Assembly (NCBI GenBank): GCA_018816525.1
Contig: JAHIVV010000054.1
Span: forward strand, 9,047 to 73,046
Length of the DNA: 64,000 nt
Direction: 5' to 3'
Source: Elusimicrobiota bacterium
GTDB lineage: Bacteria; Elusimicrobiota; Endomicrobiia; CG1-02-37-114; XYA2-FULL-39-19
Shown here: one piece after another, positions 10,152-19,742 of the stretch
Numbering within the stretch: position 1 is the first letter of the stretch
How the letters are laid out: every line of letters begins with the position of its first letter
Notes under the pieces: model-generated
Database searches by the model: none
The model's input: the letters and a program-made list of their open reading frames with translations, nothing else
Told to the model about the DNA's origin: nothing
Program-made: the position numbers and the translations under genes

Positions 10152-10779
10152 TAAAACCAGCTCTTATTTTAATCTTATAAGAGAAGATTTGATTTCTGAA
10201 ATTCCTTGCGGCCCAAACAGGATACTTGACATTGGCTGCGGTTCAGGGGCGACGGGTTTTGCCCTAAAACAAAAAGGTAAAGCTTCATATGTTGTAGGTA
10301 TTGAGATATCTGATACGATGGCAAAAATTGCTAAAAACCAAATAGATATAGTTATTTTAGGCAATATTGAAGAATTACAACTCGATTTACAAAGCGAAGA
10401 ATTTGATTTTATACTGTTAGGTGACGTGCTTGAACATTTGATAAATCCGTGGGAAGTATTGAATAAAATTAAAAACTATCTAAAACCAAATGGCCGGATA
10501 ATAGCAAGTATTCCAAATGTAAGATGCTGGAAAGTTCTTCTTCCTTTACTTCTTAAGGGGAATTGGGAATATGCTGAAAGCGGGCTTTTGGATATGTCTC
10601 ACCTAAGGTTCTTCACAAAAAAATCAATGATAGCTCTCTTTACTGCAGCAAAATTGAAGATATACAAGTCCTGTGCTCTAATAAATAAAAAAACTAAGAC
10701 CAAATATATTGACATTATGACGTTTGGTTTTTTAAAAGAATTCTTAACATCTCATTATTTGTTCGTTTTAGGGAAATAA
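10108..10779 (+). CDS. Class I SAM-dependent methyltransferase
   Basis: Motif I ILDIGCGSGATGFAL and motif II-like FDFILLGDVLEHL. 223 aa. Overlaps the radical SAM gene by 44 nt. Confidence 0.7.
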   Translation: MKDTKITNIEILYDSKTSSYFNLIREDLISEIPCGPNRILDIGCGSGATGFALKQKGKASYVVGIEISDTMAKIAKNQIDIVILGNIEELQLDLQSEEFDFILLGDVLEHLINPWEVLNKIKNYLKPNGRIIASIPNVRCWKVLLPLLLKGNWEYAESGLLDMSHLRFFTKKSMIALFTAAKLKIYKSCALINKKTKTKYIDIMTFGFLKEFLTSHYLFVLGK

Positions 10780-10781
10780 AA

Positions 10782-11822
10782 ATGAAAATATTAATATATG
10801 GCGAAGGGTATTTCTTTGCAATAGCTCCTCAACTAAAAAAATCCTTTGAACAGTTGAATTGTGAAACAGATATATTCAATTGGACTTCTTATCTTTATAC
10901 AGAACGAGGGGTTAATCTAAAAAATCGTGTCCTCAATAGAATAATGATGCCGCTTATTGCTTCCAGGATAAATAGGGATTTAGTAAATTGCGTAAAAAAC
11001 AGCACATACGATTTTGTTTTGGTGAATAACGGATGGCATCTTACGTCCAAAACCATTGATGCCATAAAAAAACATACTAAGCATGTTATAAATTGGAGCA
11101 CTGATGAATTTTTCAATAATGCGTTTTCTTCCTTTATACACACTGAAACAATTACAAAATATGATTGTGTCTTGACTCAGAGGAAACACCTATTCAACCT
11201 TTATCGCAGCAAGGGGATAAAAAAATTGGAATATTTACCTTTATTTTACTATCCTGAACATCACCCTATCGTTACATCTGAAAATGAAAAAATCATATGG
11301 GGGAGCGGTATCGCTTTTATCGGCTCCTGGAGCAAAAAGAGAGAAAGAATGATTAACTTTTTGGAAGGTCTTGATGTTAAAATATGGGGAGGCCGTTGGA
11401 ATAAAAGCAGTAAGGAATTCAAAAAAAAGTTTAAAGTAAAAAACAAAATAGCATGGTTAGAAGACATGTCCAGAGTAGTAAATTCCACCAAAATAATTAT
11501 AGATACTTTAACCACAGAACAAAACGATGAAATTAATATGAAAAATTACCAAGTGCCAGCTTGCGGAGGATTTCTAATTACAAATAGGACAAATATGCTA
11601 TTAGAATTATTTGAGGAAGGTAAAGAAATTGTCTGTTATGATTCATACAAGGAATTGAAGGAAAAATGTGAATACTATTTGCTTCACGAAGAAGAGAGAA
11701 TTAAAATAGCAGCTAACGCTCACAAAAAGGTTATTGGCGGGCAAAATACGATACTAGACATAGCAAAAAAAATATTGGATATCGTCAATACATTACCTGG
11801 AAAGGAGGTAAGACACGAATGA
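10782..11822 (+). CDS. CgeB-family glycosyltransferase
   Basis: IAFIGSWSKKRERMINFLEG...YQVPACGGFLITNRTNMLLELFEEGKEIVCYDSYKELKEKCEYYLLHEEERIKIAANAHKKV is a canonical CgeB C-terminal pattern. Confidence 0.65.
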   Translation: MKILIYGEGYFFAIAPQLKKSFEQLNCETDIFNWTSYLYTERGVNLKNRVLNRIMMPLIASRINRDLVNCVKNSTYDFVLVNNGWHLTSKTIDAIKKHTKHVINWSTDEFFNNAFSSFIHTETITKYDCVLTQRKHLFNLYRSKGIKKLEYLPLFYYPEHHPIVTSENEKIIWGSGIAFIGSWSKKRERMINFLEGLDVKIWGGRWNKSSKEFKKKFKVKNKIAWLEDMSRVVNSTKIIIDTLTTEQNDEINMKNYQVPACGGFLITNRTNMLLELFEEGKEIVCYDSYKELKEKCEYYLLHEEERIKIAANAHKKVIGGQNTILDIAKKILDIVNTLPGKEVRHE

Positions 11823-12760
11823 AATCTAAACTATTTTTTGTTACAGGCGGATTAGGGTTTATCGGCAAACATTTTGTGCAACGCTGCCTGGATATGAGCC
11901 ATTTTGTAACTAATGTGGACATAATTAATTATGCGGCCGACCGTGTCGCAAATGAGGGGTTCAAAAAACACAGTAATTACCGGCACATTCAGGAAGATAT
12001 TGCTAATCTCAGCCATCTGCCTGAAAGTGATTTCCTGGTCAATTTTGCGGCCGAGTCGCATGTCGACAACTCTATTGCAAACAATCGCCAGTTCTGCCAT
12101 TCGAACATACTTGGTGTTCAGCGGCTTCTCGAGCTTACACGCGCCAAATCCGCATCAGGTGCGCCGCATTTCATCCAGATAAGTACCGATGAAGTTTATG
12201 GCGACATTGTAAACGGCAGGCATACCGAGTCGGATCCACTACGGCCGTCGAACCCTTACTCGGCTACCAAAGCCGCCGCTGATATGCTTGTCATTGGATG
12301 GTCCCGGACCTACTCGCTTCGCTATAACATCGTCCGTATGACCAACAATTATGGGCCAAACCAATACCCGGAGAAACTTATTCCCAAATCGGCATGGCGG
12401 ATGCGGCGTGGCTTGCCGGCAATGATGCATGGCGATGGCAGTTATATACGTTCTTGGCTCCACGTTGAAGATTCGATTGACGCCATTCTCACTATCTTTG
12501 AGAAAGGAGAACCTAATACTGTTTACAACGTGCATGGCAACTGTGAATTGCCGAACATCGAAGTTTTGCGGAAGATCGCAGCCATTTTTAAAGTTCCGGA
12601 AAAGGACGCCTACATCCAAATACCTAACCGGGTTGGCCAAGATGTTCGATACAGTCTTGACGACACGCGTCTACGTGCGCTCGGCTGGAAACCGGTACGG
12701 GATTTTGACGAGGAAATCAAAAAGATTGTCGAGGAAGACGAGTTCAAAAGATTTCTATAA
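11819..12760 (+). CDS. NDP-hexose 4,6-dehydratase (RmlB-like, short form)
   Basis: FFVTGGLGFIGKHF Rossmann; ISTDEVYGD and YSATKAA (YxxxK). First gene of a GC-richer block. Confidence 0.7.
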   Translation: MKSKLFFVTGGLGFIGKHFVQRCLDMSHFVTNVDIINYAADRVANEGFKKHSNYRHIQEDIANLSHLPESDFLVNFAAESHVDNSIANNRQFCHSNILGVQRLLELTRAKSASGAPHFIQISTDEVYGDIVNGRHTESDPLRPSNPYSATKAAADMLVIGWSRTYSLRYNIVRMTNNYGPNQYPEKLIPKSAWRMRRGLPAMMHGDGSYIRSWLHVEDSIDAILTIFEKGEPNTVYNVHGNCELPNIEVLRKIAAIFKVPEKDAYIQIPNRVGQDVRYSLDDTRLRALGWKPVRDFDEEIKKIVEEDEFKRFL

Positions 12761-12784
12761 TAACCTAAACGGGAGGTAACTTAT

Positions 12785-13210
12785 ATGAGTAAGAATGATG
12801 TTTCAGCTTGTCCAACAGGTCCCATAGTTTCAATGATTGCGCCCTTTGAAGATGGCCGGGGTTATATCCAGACGTTAGTAGACGGAGGAATACAGGCTAT
12901 CCAGGTCATCACCTCCAAAGCGAACACTGTCCGGGCTAACCACTACCATAAAGCAGATTCACACTTTATGTATGTAATAAAAGGCACAATGAAATATTTC
13001 CATCGCCCGGCAGGAGATAAGTCGGCCCCAAGTTGGTTATTGGTGAAGGCAGGCCAGATGGTCTTCACTCCGCCTTTAGTGGAACACGCAGTTGAATTCA
13101 CTGAAGACTCGGAATTTCTCAACATCACCGGAAAACCGCGGGACCAGGGTTCGTACGAAGATGACATAGTGCGAGTCGAACTCCATAAACTTTCGGTAAA
13201 AGGGGGCTGA
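12785..13210 (+). CDS. Cupin-fold NDP-4-keto-6-deoxyhexose isomerase/epimerase (FdtA/QdtA-like 3,4-ketoisomerase or RmlC-like)
   Basis: 141 aa small cupin (ANHYHKADSHFMYVIKGTMKYF), strong SD GGGAGG, positioned between a dehydratase and a C-methyltransferase. Confidence 0.5.
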   Translation: MSKNDVSACPTGPIVSMIAPFEDGRGYIQTLVDGGIQAIQVITSKANTVRANHYHKADSHFMYVIKGTMKYFHRPAGDKSAPSWLLVKAGQMVFTPPLVEHAVEFTEDSEFLNITGKPRDQGSYEDDIVRVELHKLSVKGG

Positions 13211-13214
13211 TTCA

Positions 13215-14459
13215 ATGACGCTCCATCATCATAAACGAACAAATTGCAGGCTATGCGGTTCGAAGGAACTTGAAAGTGTGTTGCACCTCAAACCTACGCC
13301 TCCGGCTAACTCGTTTGTATCAGCGGCGGAGAAAGACAAACCGCAGGAATTATATCCTTTAGACGTTTACCGCTGTGCCGACTGCGGCCACCTGCAACTG
13401 CTTGATATTGTTGACCCGAAAGTAATGTTCAGCCACTACGTGTACGTATCAAGTACCTCTCCGGTAATGGTCGGCTATCTCAGAGATCAATGCGCCGCTA
13501 TTGTGCGCCGGCTGAATCTCAAACAGGGAGATCTAGTGGTTGAGTTCGGCTCTAACGACGGTGCGTTACTGCGTTTCTTTAAAGAAGCCGGAATGCGGGT
13601 TTTAGGCGTGGACCCGGCAGGAAATGTTGCCCCGGATTCAGCTGAGATTGAAAATATTATCGATTTTTTCGGCGCCAAAGTGGGTAAACAAATTCGAGAA
13701 AAATATGGCCCGGCAAAGGCAATATGCGCATACAATGTTTGTGCTCACATCGATGACCTTCGCGGAGTTATAGATGGTGTCCGTTCGCTGCTAGCGCCTG
13801 ATGGCCAGTTTGTGTTTGAAGTTGGCTACCTGTTGGATGTTTATCGCAAGACTCTATTTGACACTATATATCACGAACACGTTGATTTTCACCACGTCGA
13901 ACCGTTGAAACGATTTTTTGCCGACAATGGGCTCAAATTACTGCATGCCGAGCGCTCCGATATTCAGGGAGGCGCGCTGGTAGGTTATGTAGGCAGTTCT
14001 ACACAACATGAAGATAACACAGTTGCCGAACTTATCACTGAGGAACATAAAGCGGGACTGCACCTTGCCGATACTTTTCACCGTTGGAGTGATATGATTA
14101 ACATCCGAGGCGAAGAACTAATGTTATTGCTGCGAGGGTTGAAAGCAAAAGGCAGGTCAATTGCTGCCTATGGTGCGACGGCTAAAGCAACAACAATGAT
14201 GTATAACTTCGGGATAGATGTCTCCATCCTTGACTATATTGTCGATGACAATCCGCTCAAGCAGGGAATGTTCACTCCCGGATTACATATACCGGTATAC
14301 TCTGCAAATGTTCTCTATCAAAAAAAACCGGATTATGTTCTTTTGCTCGCGTGGAACTTTGCTGAACCGATAGTAAAAAAACACAGGCTTTATGCCGGAA
14401 ACAAGAGCCGTTTCATCCTGCCGCTTCCTAACCTGACTATAATCGGGGGTGAGTCTTAA
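13215..14459 (+). CDS. NDP-sugar C-methyltransferase (TylC3/NovU-type; SAM-dependent with an N-terminal Zn-binding domain)
   Basis: N-terminal CRLCGS...CADCGH zinc motif. Central VVEFGSNDGALL SAM motif. C-terminal C-methyltransferase-type domain. 414 aa. Confidence 0.65.
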   Translation: MTLHHHKRTNCRLCGSKELESVLHLKPTPPANSFVSAAEKDKPQELYPLDVYRCADCGHLQLLDIVDPKVMFSHYVYVSSTSPVMVGYLRDQCAAIVRRLNLKQGDLVVEFGSNDGALLRFFKEAGMRVLGVDPAGNVAPDSAEIENIIDFFGAKVGKQIREKYGPAKAICAYNVCAHIDDLRGVIDGVRSLLAPDGQFVFEVGYLLDVYRKTLFDTIYHEHVDFHHVEPLKRFFADNGLKLLHAERSDIQGGALVGYVGSSTQHEDNTVAELITEEHKAGLHLADTFHRWSDMINIRGEELMLLLRGLKAKGRSIAAYGATAKATTMMYNFGIDVSILDYIVDDNPLKQGMFTPGLHIPVYSANVLYQKKPDYVLLLAWNFAEPIVKKHRLYAGNKSRFILPLPNLTIIGGES

Positions 14460-15412
14460 TGCAAATTGGGCTGATAGGGGCCGGGCGCTGGGGTAAACGA
14501 TACATCGAGACCCTTAATCGCATGCCCGATATCAATCTTGCCTATTTAGCGAGCAGAAACCCTGAGAGCGTTTCGCTTGTCCCTTCAACCTGCAAGGTAA
14601 CTCCGGACTGGCGTAATCTTTTAGAAAATACCGGCCTTGATGGCATCATTATAGCTACACCGCCGGAAACTCACCTTGAAATAGCGATAGAGTCAATCCA
14701 TGCCGGCATACCGGTTTTAATTGAAAAACCCATGACGATTTCTCTGCCGGCTGCTCAAAATCTAGTTAAAGAAGCGGCTGATTGCGGAATTTTAATAATG
14801 GTTGGGCATACTCACCTGTTCAGTGCTGCGTTTCGTGGACTAAAAATGAAGGGCCAGTCTCTTGGTAAATTGAAAAATATGCATTCATCAGGAGGCGCTT
14901 GGGGACCCTTTCGCCCTGACACTCCGCCGCTGTGGGATTGGGCACCCCATGATATATCAATGTCCATAGAGCTTTCCGGAAGTTTTCCATCGCACATTAG
15001 TGCTAAACGAACCGGATTTATTCAACAACCGCAGGGAACAGGGGAGTCCTTCAGAATCATACTGGATTTCGAATCTGGTGCTTGTTCTGAAATCAATATC
15101 AGTAACATCCAACAAAATAAGCAACGGCTGTTTAAAGCCACATACGAAGGCGGTTCCCTGATTTATGATGACCTTGCGGAAAATAAACTTGTCTTTCAAT
15201 TTTCTTCTAAATCAGCCGTAGAACCTGTTGCGATTGATCACTCTCTGCCGCTTACTAACCTTGTGGCTGATTTCTGCCGCGCTATCGGAGAAGGCCGACG
15301 ATATGATCAGAGTTTGCATCTAGGCCTGCAGGTAGTGGAAGTGTTAACCGAATGTCAAAAGTCCCTTAATGTTACCGAGAGTTACTATAATGCAAAATCA
15401 AATAGAGCCTAA
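14459..15412 (+). CDS. Gfo/Idh/MocA-family NAD(P)-dependent oxidoreductase (probable sugar ketoreductase)
   Basis: N-terminal MQIGLIGAGRWGKRYIETL Rossmann and EKP motif (LIEKPMT). Last gene of the GC-rich block. Confidence 0.7.
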   Translation: MQIGLIGAGRWGKRYIETLNRMPDINLAYLASRNPESVSLVPSTCKVTPDWRNLLENTGLDGIIIATPPETHLEIAIESIHAGIPVLIEKPMTISLPAAQNLVKEAADCGILIMVGHTHLFSAAFRGLKMKGQSLGKLKNMHSSGGAWGPFRPDTPPLWDWAPHDISMSIELSGSFPSHISAKRTGFIQQPQGTGESFRIILDFESGACSEINISNIQQNKQRLFKATYEGGSLIYDDLAENKLVFQFSSKSAVEPVAIDHSLPLTNLVADFCRAIGEGRRYDQSLHLGLQVVEVLTECQKSLNVTESYYNAKSNRA

Positions 15413-16307
15413 AGTTTGTGTAATAATTCCCAATAAAAATGGGGCCAAACATCTTTATTACTCACTCGATTCTTTGGCAAAAACAAATTATAAAAATTAC
15501 AACGTAATATTAGTAGACGACGGTTCTGCAGATGAATCTTTAATCTATGTTAAAGATAAATTTCCAGAAATTAAGATATTAGAAAATATTGGCAAAAAGG
15601 GTTTTGCCGGAGCTGTAAATACCGGTATAAAATACGCCTTAAGTCAAAATGCTCATTATGTAGCTGTTTTTAATACTGATATTAAAATATTGCCTGAATG
15701 GATAAATCTTGTTGTCGATTTATTTGATAAGTTAAGTACGGTTGGGTTGATCGGATATACAGCAATTCCTAAAGAAGAAGAAATTAGTTTTGTAAACTGG
15801 AAAAATATTGACTTTAAATATGAAGAAATAAAGGATTCAAAAGGCGTAGAAGGCTGTTTATACTTATGTCCGTCAGCTGTATTCAGGCATATTGGTTTTT
15901 TTGACGAAGATTATTTTATGTATGGTGAAGATAATGATTTATTTCATAGACTTTTAAAAGCAAATTATAAAATCATAAAAACCAATATTCCTGTATGGCA
16001 CTACGGCGAAGGCTCATCGATAAACAAAGGTTTTTTTGCTACGTGGCTCGCTTATAGAAACGCATTAAGATTTTCAATAAAGAATGAAAATATCATTGGT
16101 GTGTTTTTTAAGGTTCTCTCTCTATTAAATCAGGGATGTAACCCCTTCAGAAAAAGGAAGAAACATAATTCTGTTTACAAAAGAATGAGAAGATATAATC
16201 CAATATTAAACTTCTTGATTATCATTGGAAGCATCTTGTGGAATATTTACCATTTACCAATAACTATCAAACAACGAAATATATTTAATTCGAACTGTAA
16301 GGAGTAA
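15369..16307 (+). CDS. Glycosyltransferase family 2
   Basis: VCVIIPNKNGAKHL...VILVDDGSADES...DEDYFMYGEDND (DxD). An alternative ATG at 15390 (MQNQ...) would give a shorter overlap with the upstream gene. Confidence 0.7.
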   Translation: MLPRVTIMQNQIEPKVCVIIPNKNGAKHLYYSLDSLAKTNYKNYNVILVDDGSADESLIYVKDKFPEIKILENIGKKGFAGAVNTGIKYALSQNAHYVAVFNTDIKILPEWINLVVDLFDKLSTVGLIGYTAIPKEEEISFVNWKNIDFKYEEIKDSKGVEGCLYLCPSAVFRHIGFFDEDYFMYGEDNDLFHRLLKANYKIIKTNIPVWHYGEGSSINKGFFATWLAYRNALRFSIKNENIIGVFFKVLSLLNQGCNPFRKRKKHNSVYKRMRRYNPILNFLIIIGSILWNIYHLPITIKQRNIFNSNCKE

Positions 16308-16311
16308 TAGC

Positions 16312-17367
16312 ATGGCTCAAATATTTTATTTGATAAAAAGAGTTACACGCCTAATTATTAAGCCTTTTAAGGAAAAGATACAAGTAAAATCACTGATAAA
16401 AGAGTTCGTTCTTTTAGTGAAACAATTTCTCCATTATAACATTTCAAGCCTTCCCCGCAGTATTCATATGGAGTTAACAAGTAAATGTAACCTAGCCTGT
16501 AAAGCGTGTTACAGGACCGGCGTTTTGAAAGAATATATGAATTTAAACACAACTATGACGCTATCCGACCTTAAAAAGTTAATTGGAAAGTACGACCCAA
16601 AAAAAGTTAAATCCATTGTTTTGTCGGGAGGTGAAAACCTTCTTCACCCTGACTTTTTCGAAGCTTTGGATATATTGAGAGACAAATTTACAAAAAGCCT
16701 TCTTTTACTTGCAACTAATGGTGTTATTCTTTCGAATGATAAAAACAAATTGGAAAAAGTATGCAAATCTTCGATAAATTCTATCCAGGTTTCGCTTCAT
16801 GGAGCAACACAGGAAACTATTGATTTATTGCAAAAAGGTATTAATTTACAAAAAGTTCTGGAAATAATTGAATTTATAACAAAAAATTCTAAAATAAATG
16901 TGTCTGTTAACTACGTAATTCAGGAAGAAAATGTAAACGAAATTTCAAAATTTCTTGATATAGTTTCGGAATTTAACGTCAAAGATGTTTCATTACATCC
17001 AATGAATTATGCCGGTCATAGAGAAGATGCAGTAAATTACATCGATTTATGGGAAAAAATGAATTTAGAAAAAATATTATCTAATGCCTATAAGAAAGCA
17101 AAATTTCTTGGTATAAATATTTGGCCCTTTAGCACTATGTGTACAAGTGTTTTTGATGTTGATGTTTTAACAGCCAGCGGCGATGTATTACCTTGCTGGG
17201 GACAGTATCTCGTTAAAAAATACAAAATTGGCAATGTTTTTCAGCAAAAGCCTGACGAAATACGTAAAAGTAAAGAAATTAAGGAATTAAAAAAATCGAT
17301 TCTTTCGGGACGCAGCAATAACGAAATGTGCAATTCCTGCTGGGCTAATGGCAAAAAATATATATGA
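16312..17367 (+). CDS. Radical SAM / SPASM-domain protein
   Basis: CNLACKACYRTG (CxxxCxxC) near the N-terminus; GGENLLHPDF; a C-terminal Cys-rich auxiliary-cluster region (LPCWGQY...CNSCWANG). Confidence 0.75.
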   Translation: MAQIFYLIKRVTRLIIKPFKEKIQVKSLIKEFVLLVKQFLHYNISSLPRSIHMELTSKCNLACKACYRTGVLKEYMNLNTTMTLSDLKKLIGKYDPKKVKSIVLSGGENLLHPDFFEALDILRDKFTKSLLLLATNGVILSNDKNKLEKVCKSSINSIQVSLHGATQETIDLLQKGINLQKVLEIIEFITKNSKINVSVNYVIQEENVNEISKFLDIVSEFNVKDVSLHPMNYAGHREDAVNYIDLWEKMNLEKILSNAYKKAKFLGINIWPFSTMCTSVFDVDVLTASGDVLPCWGQYLVKKYKIGNVFQQKPDEIRKSKEIKELKKSILSGRSNNEMCNSCWANGKKYI

Positions 17368-18503
17368 TCATTGCGATAAACGCTATAAATGCACTGGCTG
17401 GCGCAGGTATTTCTACATTAGCCAATCTTTTACCCAAAATTATAGAGCACGACAAAAATAACAAATATATAGTACTTTTATCTACAAAACAATTTGAATT
17501 AAGAAACACAATACCTTCAGGTATACAAATTATTGAAGTTAAATATCTTCCTGTAAATCCATACTTCAGAGTAGTGTTTGAGCAATTAATTCTTCCATTT
17601 TATATACTTTTTTACAAAGTTGATTTGCTTTATTCCATGGCTAATATGACTGTCTTATTTGCTCCTTGCAAAATTGTAATGACAATAGAAAACTCAAATC
17701 CATTTTCAAAAATACCTATAAAATGGTCCTTAAATAACAGAAGTAAAAACTCATTAATCAAATTTCTATCCTGGATTTTTGTCAGAAGAGTTGACATTAT
17801 ACGTTTTGTTTCAAACGACTCTTTAGTGAAAATATCTGAAGAATTAAACATAAATCCCAATAAATGTGTAATGATATCGCATGGATGTGATTTTAAATTC
17901 AGCAAAATAAATCAACTGAATAAAACAAATAATTTTATCTTAACTGTATCTGCAATCCTGCCGCATAAAAACTTAGATAGACTTATAAAAGCTTTTGCGA
18001 TCCTGTTTGACAAATATAACTATAGGGGTAACCTGGTGATAATAGGGGATATTTTAGATTATAGTTATTATAAAACCCTTTTAAAAACAGCTTCAGACTT
18101 TTCTGTAGCTGGTAAAGTTGAGTTAACTGGGAAAATAACATATAATGAACTATCTGCTTTTTACAGAGAGGCTGATGCATTTGTTTTTACATCTATAGAA
18201 GAAACTTTCGGGCTTCCGTTATTAGAAGCAATGACTGCAGGAGTGCCCGTAGCCGCTTCTGATTGTGACCTTAATCCATCATTAAAAAATAAGTGTTTTA
18301 ATCCATTTAAAGAAATTTGCGGTGACGCAATACGTTATTTTGATCCATTTGATCAAAATAATATCGCTGAAGAAGTTAGTAAAATATTGTTCAACGATGT
18401 TCTAAAAAAAGAATTAATAGAAAAAGGGTTATCAAGGGCTGCTTTGTTTTCCTGGGATAAAACTGCAATAAGCTTAATAAATGTTTTTAACAAATTAAAC
18501 TAG
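17364..18503 (+). CDS. Glycosyltransferase family 4 (GT-B, GT1-type)
   Basis: EETFGLPLLEAMTAGVPVAASD, the E-x7-E type motif. Confidence 0.7.
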   Translation: MIIAINAINALAGAGISTLANLLPKIIEHDKNNKYIVLLSTKQFELRNTIPSGIQIIEVKYLPVNPYFRVVFEQLILPFYILFYKVDLLYSMANMTVLFAPCKIVMTIENSNPFSKIPIKWSLNNRSKNSLIKFLSWIFVRRVDIIRFVSNDSLVKISEELNINPNKCVMISHGCDFKFSKINQLNKTNNFILTVSAILPHKNLDRLIKAFAILFDKYNYRGNLVIIGDILDYSYYKTLLKTASDFSVAGKVELTGKITYNELSAFYREADAFVFTSIEETFGLPLLEAMTAGVPVAASDCDLNPSLKNKCFNPFKEICGDAIRYFDPFDQNNIAEEVSKILFNDVLKKELIEKGLSRAALFSWDKTAISLINVFNKLN

Positions 18504-18504
18504 C

Positions 18505-19737
18505 ATGGCTAAACCTATGAACATTTTGTTTGTGCACCAACATTATTATCCGGAACTTGTCGGAACAGGGCGTAGAGCCACGGAGATGTGTGAATTGCTC
18601 GTTAAAAAAGGGCATGAAATAACTGTTCTAACTTCATTTCCGAAAAGAACCTATCACTTAAACAAGGAAGAGCACACCAAGTATCAAGAAATCCATAATG
18701 GAGTAAATATACTGAGGCTAAATCTGATTTTTACGCCTAAAAGCAATCCTATTTTAAGGATGTTGTCTTACTTTGAATTTTCTATCATTTCTCTGTTCAA
18801 AGCAATCAGTTTACGTAAAGAAGTTGATTTATGTTTATCAATGACACCTCTTGCTTCAGGAATTCCGGGTGCCTTGCTCAATAAATTCTACAATTTGCCG
18901 CACCACTTTGATGTCACGGATATTTTACCGGCACTTGGCGTAATTTCCGGAATGTTAAAAAACAAATTACTAATTGGCATCCTGCGAAATGTAGAGCTAT
19001 TTGTTTACAGAAACACAACAACTTTTTCAACAGTTACTGAAAGCATGGGGCAATATATACAGGGATGCTTGAAAACAAAAAAAGAGATGATTTGCGCGTC
19101 TGATTGGGTTGACGTATCTCTTTTTAATGAAAACAAAAATAAATACTGTTCAGAACTGAGAGATAACTATGCACTGAACAACAAAAAAGTTATCTTGTTT
19201 GAAGGTAATGTCGGAAAATTACAAAATTTGAGCATTGTTATTGATATTATTAAAATTTTAGATTCTAAAGGAATTAAGGATTTTGTTTTTTTACTAATCG
19301 GGGACGGTATTGATTTAAACAATATAAAACAACTAACAAAAAAAGAAAATATTGATAAAATAATTTTTATCGGAAGGGTCCAAAGGGAGTATATTCCAAG
19401 CTTTTTAAATATCAGCGACATTCTTTTCTCAAATTACATTGATAATACGCACCTCGATATGTATGTTCCGGGAAAAATGTACGAATATATTTCAGCAAAT
19501 AAACCAATTGTGATGGGGGCCAGAGGGGAATGTGAAAAATTACTCAAAGAAAACAAAATAGGTATAGCGGCAGAACCTTCAAATCCCGCTAAACTTGCAG
19601 AAGCGATAACAGATATCCTGAAAAATGATGGTTATAAAAGAATCAATAACGAGCAGTTGATAAAGAAATATTCTTCCGAGTCCGTCGTAGATAAACTAAA
19701 CAATTTTTTAGTTCATTCGTATGCAAGCAGGACTTAA
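18505..19737 (+). CDS. Glycosyltransferase family 4 (WcaI-like)
   Basis: N-terminal MNILFVHQHYYPELVGTGRRATEM, typical of WcaI-type GT4; 410 aa. Confidence 0.65.
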   Translation: MAKPMNILFVHQHYYPELVGTGRRATEMCELLVKKGHEITVLTSFPKRTYHLNKEEHTKYQEIHNGVNILRLNLIFTPKSNPILRMLSYFEFSIISLFKAISLRKEVDLCLSMTPLASGIPGALLNKFYNLPHHFDVTDILPALGVISGMLKNKLLIGILRNVELFVYRNTTTFSTVTESMGQYIQGCLKTKKEMICASDWVDVSLFNENKNKYCSELRDNYALNNKKVILFEGNVGKLQNLSIVIDIIKILDSKGIKDFVFLLIGDGIDLNNIKQLTKKENIDKIIFIGRVQREYIPSFLNISDILFSNYIDNTHLDMYVPGKMYEYISANKPIVMGARGECEKLLKENKIGIAAEPSNPAKLAEAITDILKNDGYKRINNEQLIKKYSSESVVDKLNNFLVHSYASRT

Positions 19738-19742
19738 CTAAA

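Noticed and set aside
12239-12640. 133-aa minus-strand ORF
   Set aside because: Antisense inside the RmlB-like dehydratase gene. High GC inflates ORF length there. The same reasoning applies to 12429-12779(+), 12943-13242(-) and 13487-13735(-).
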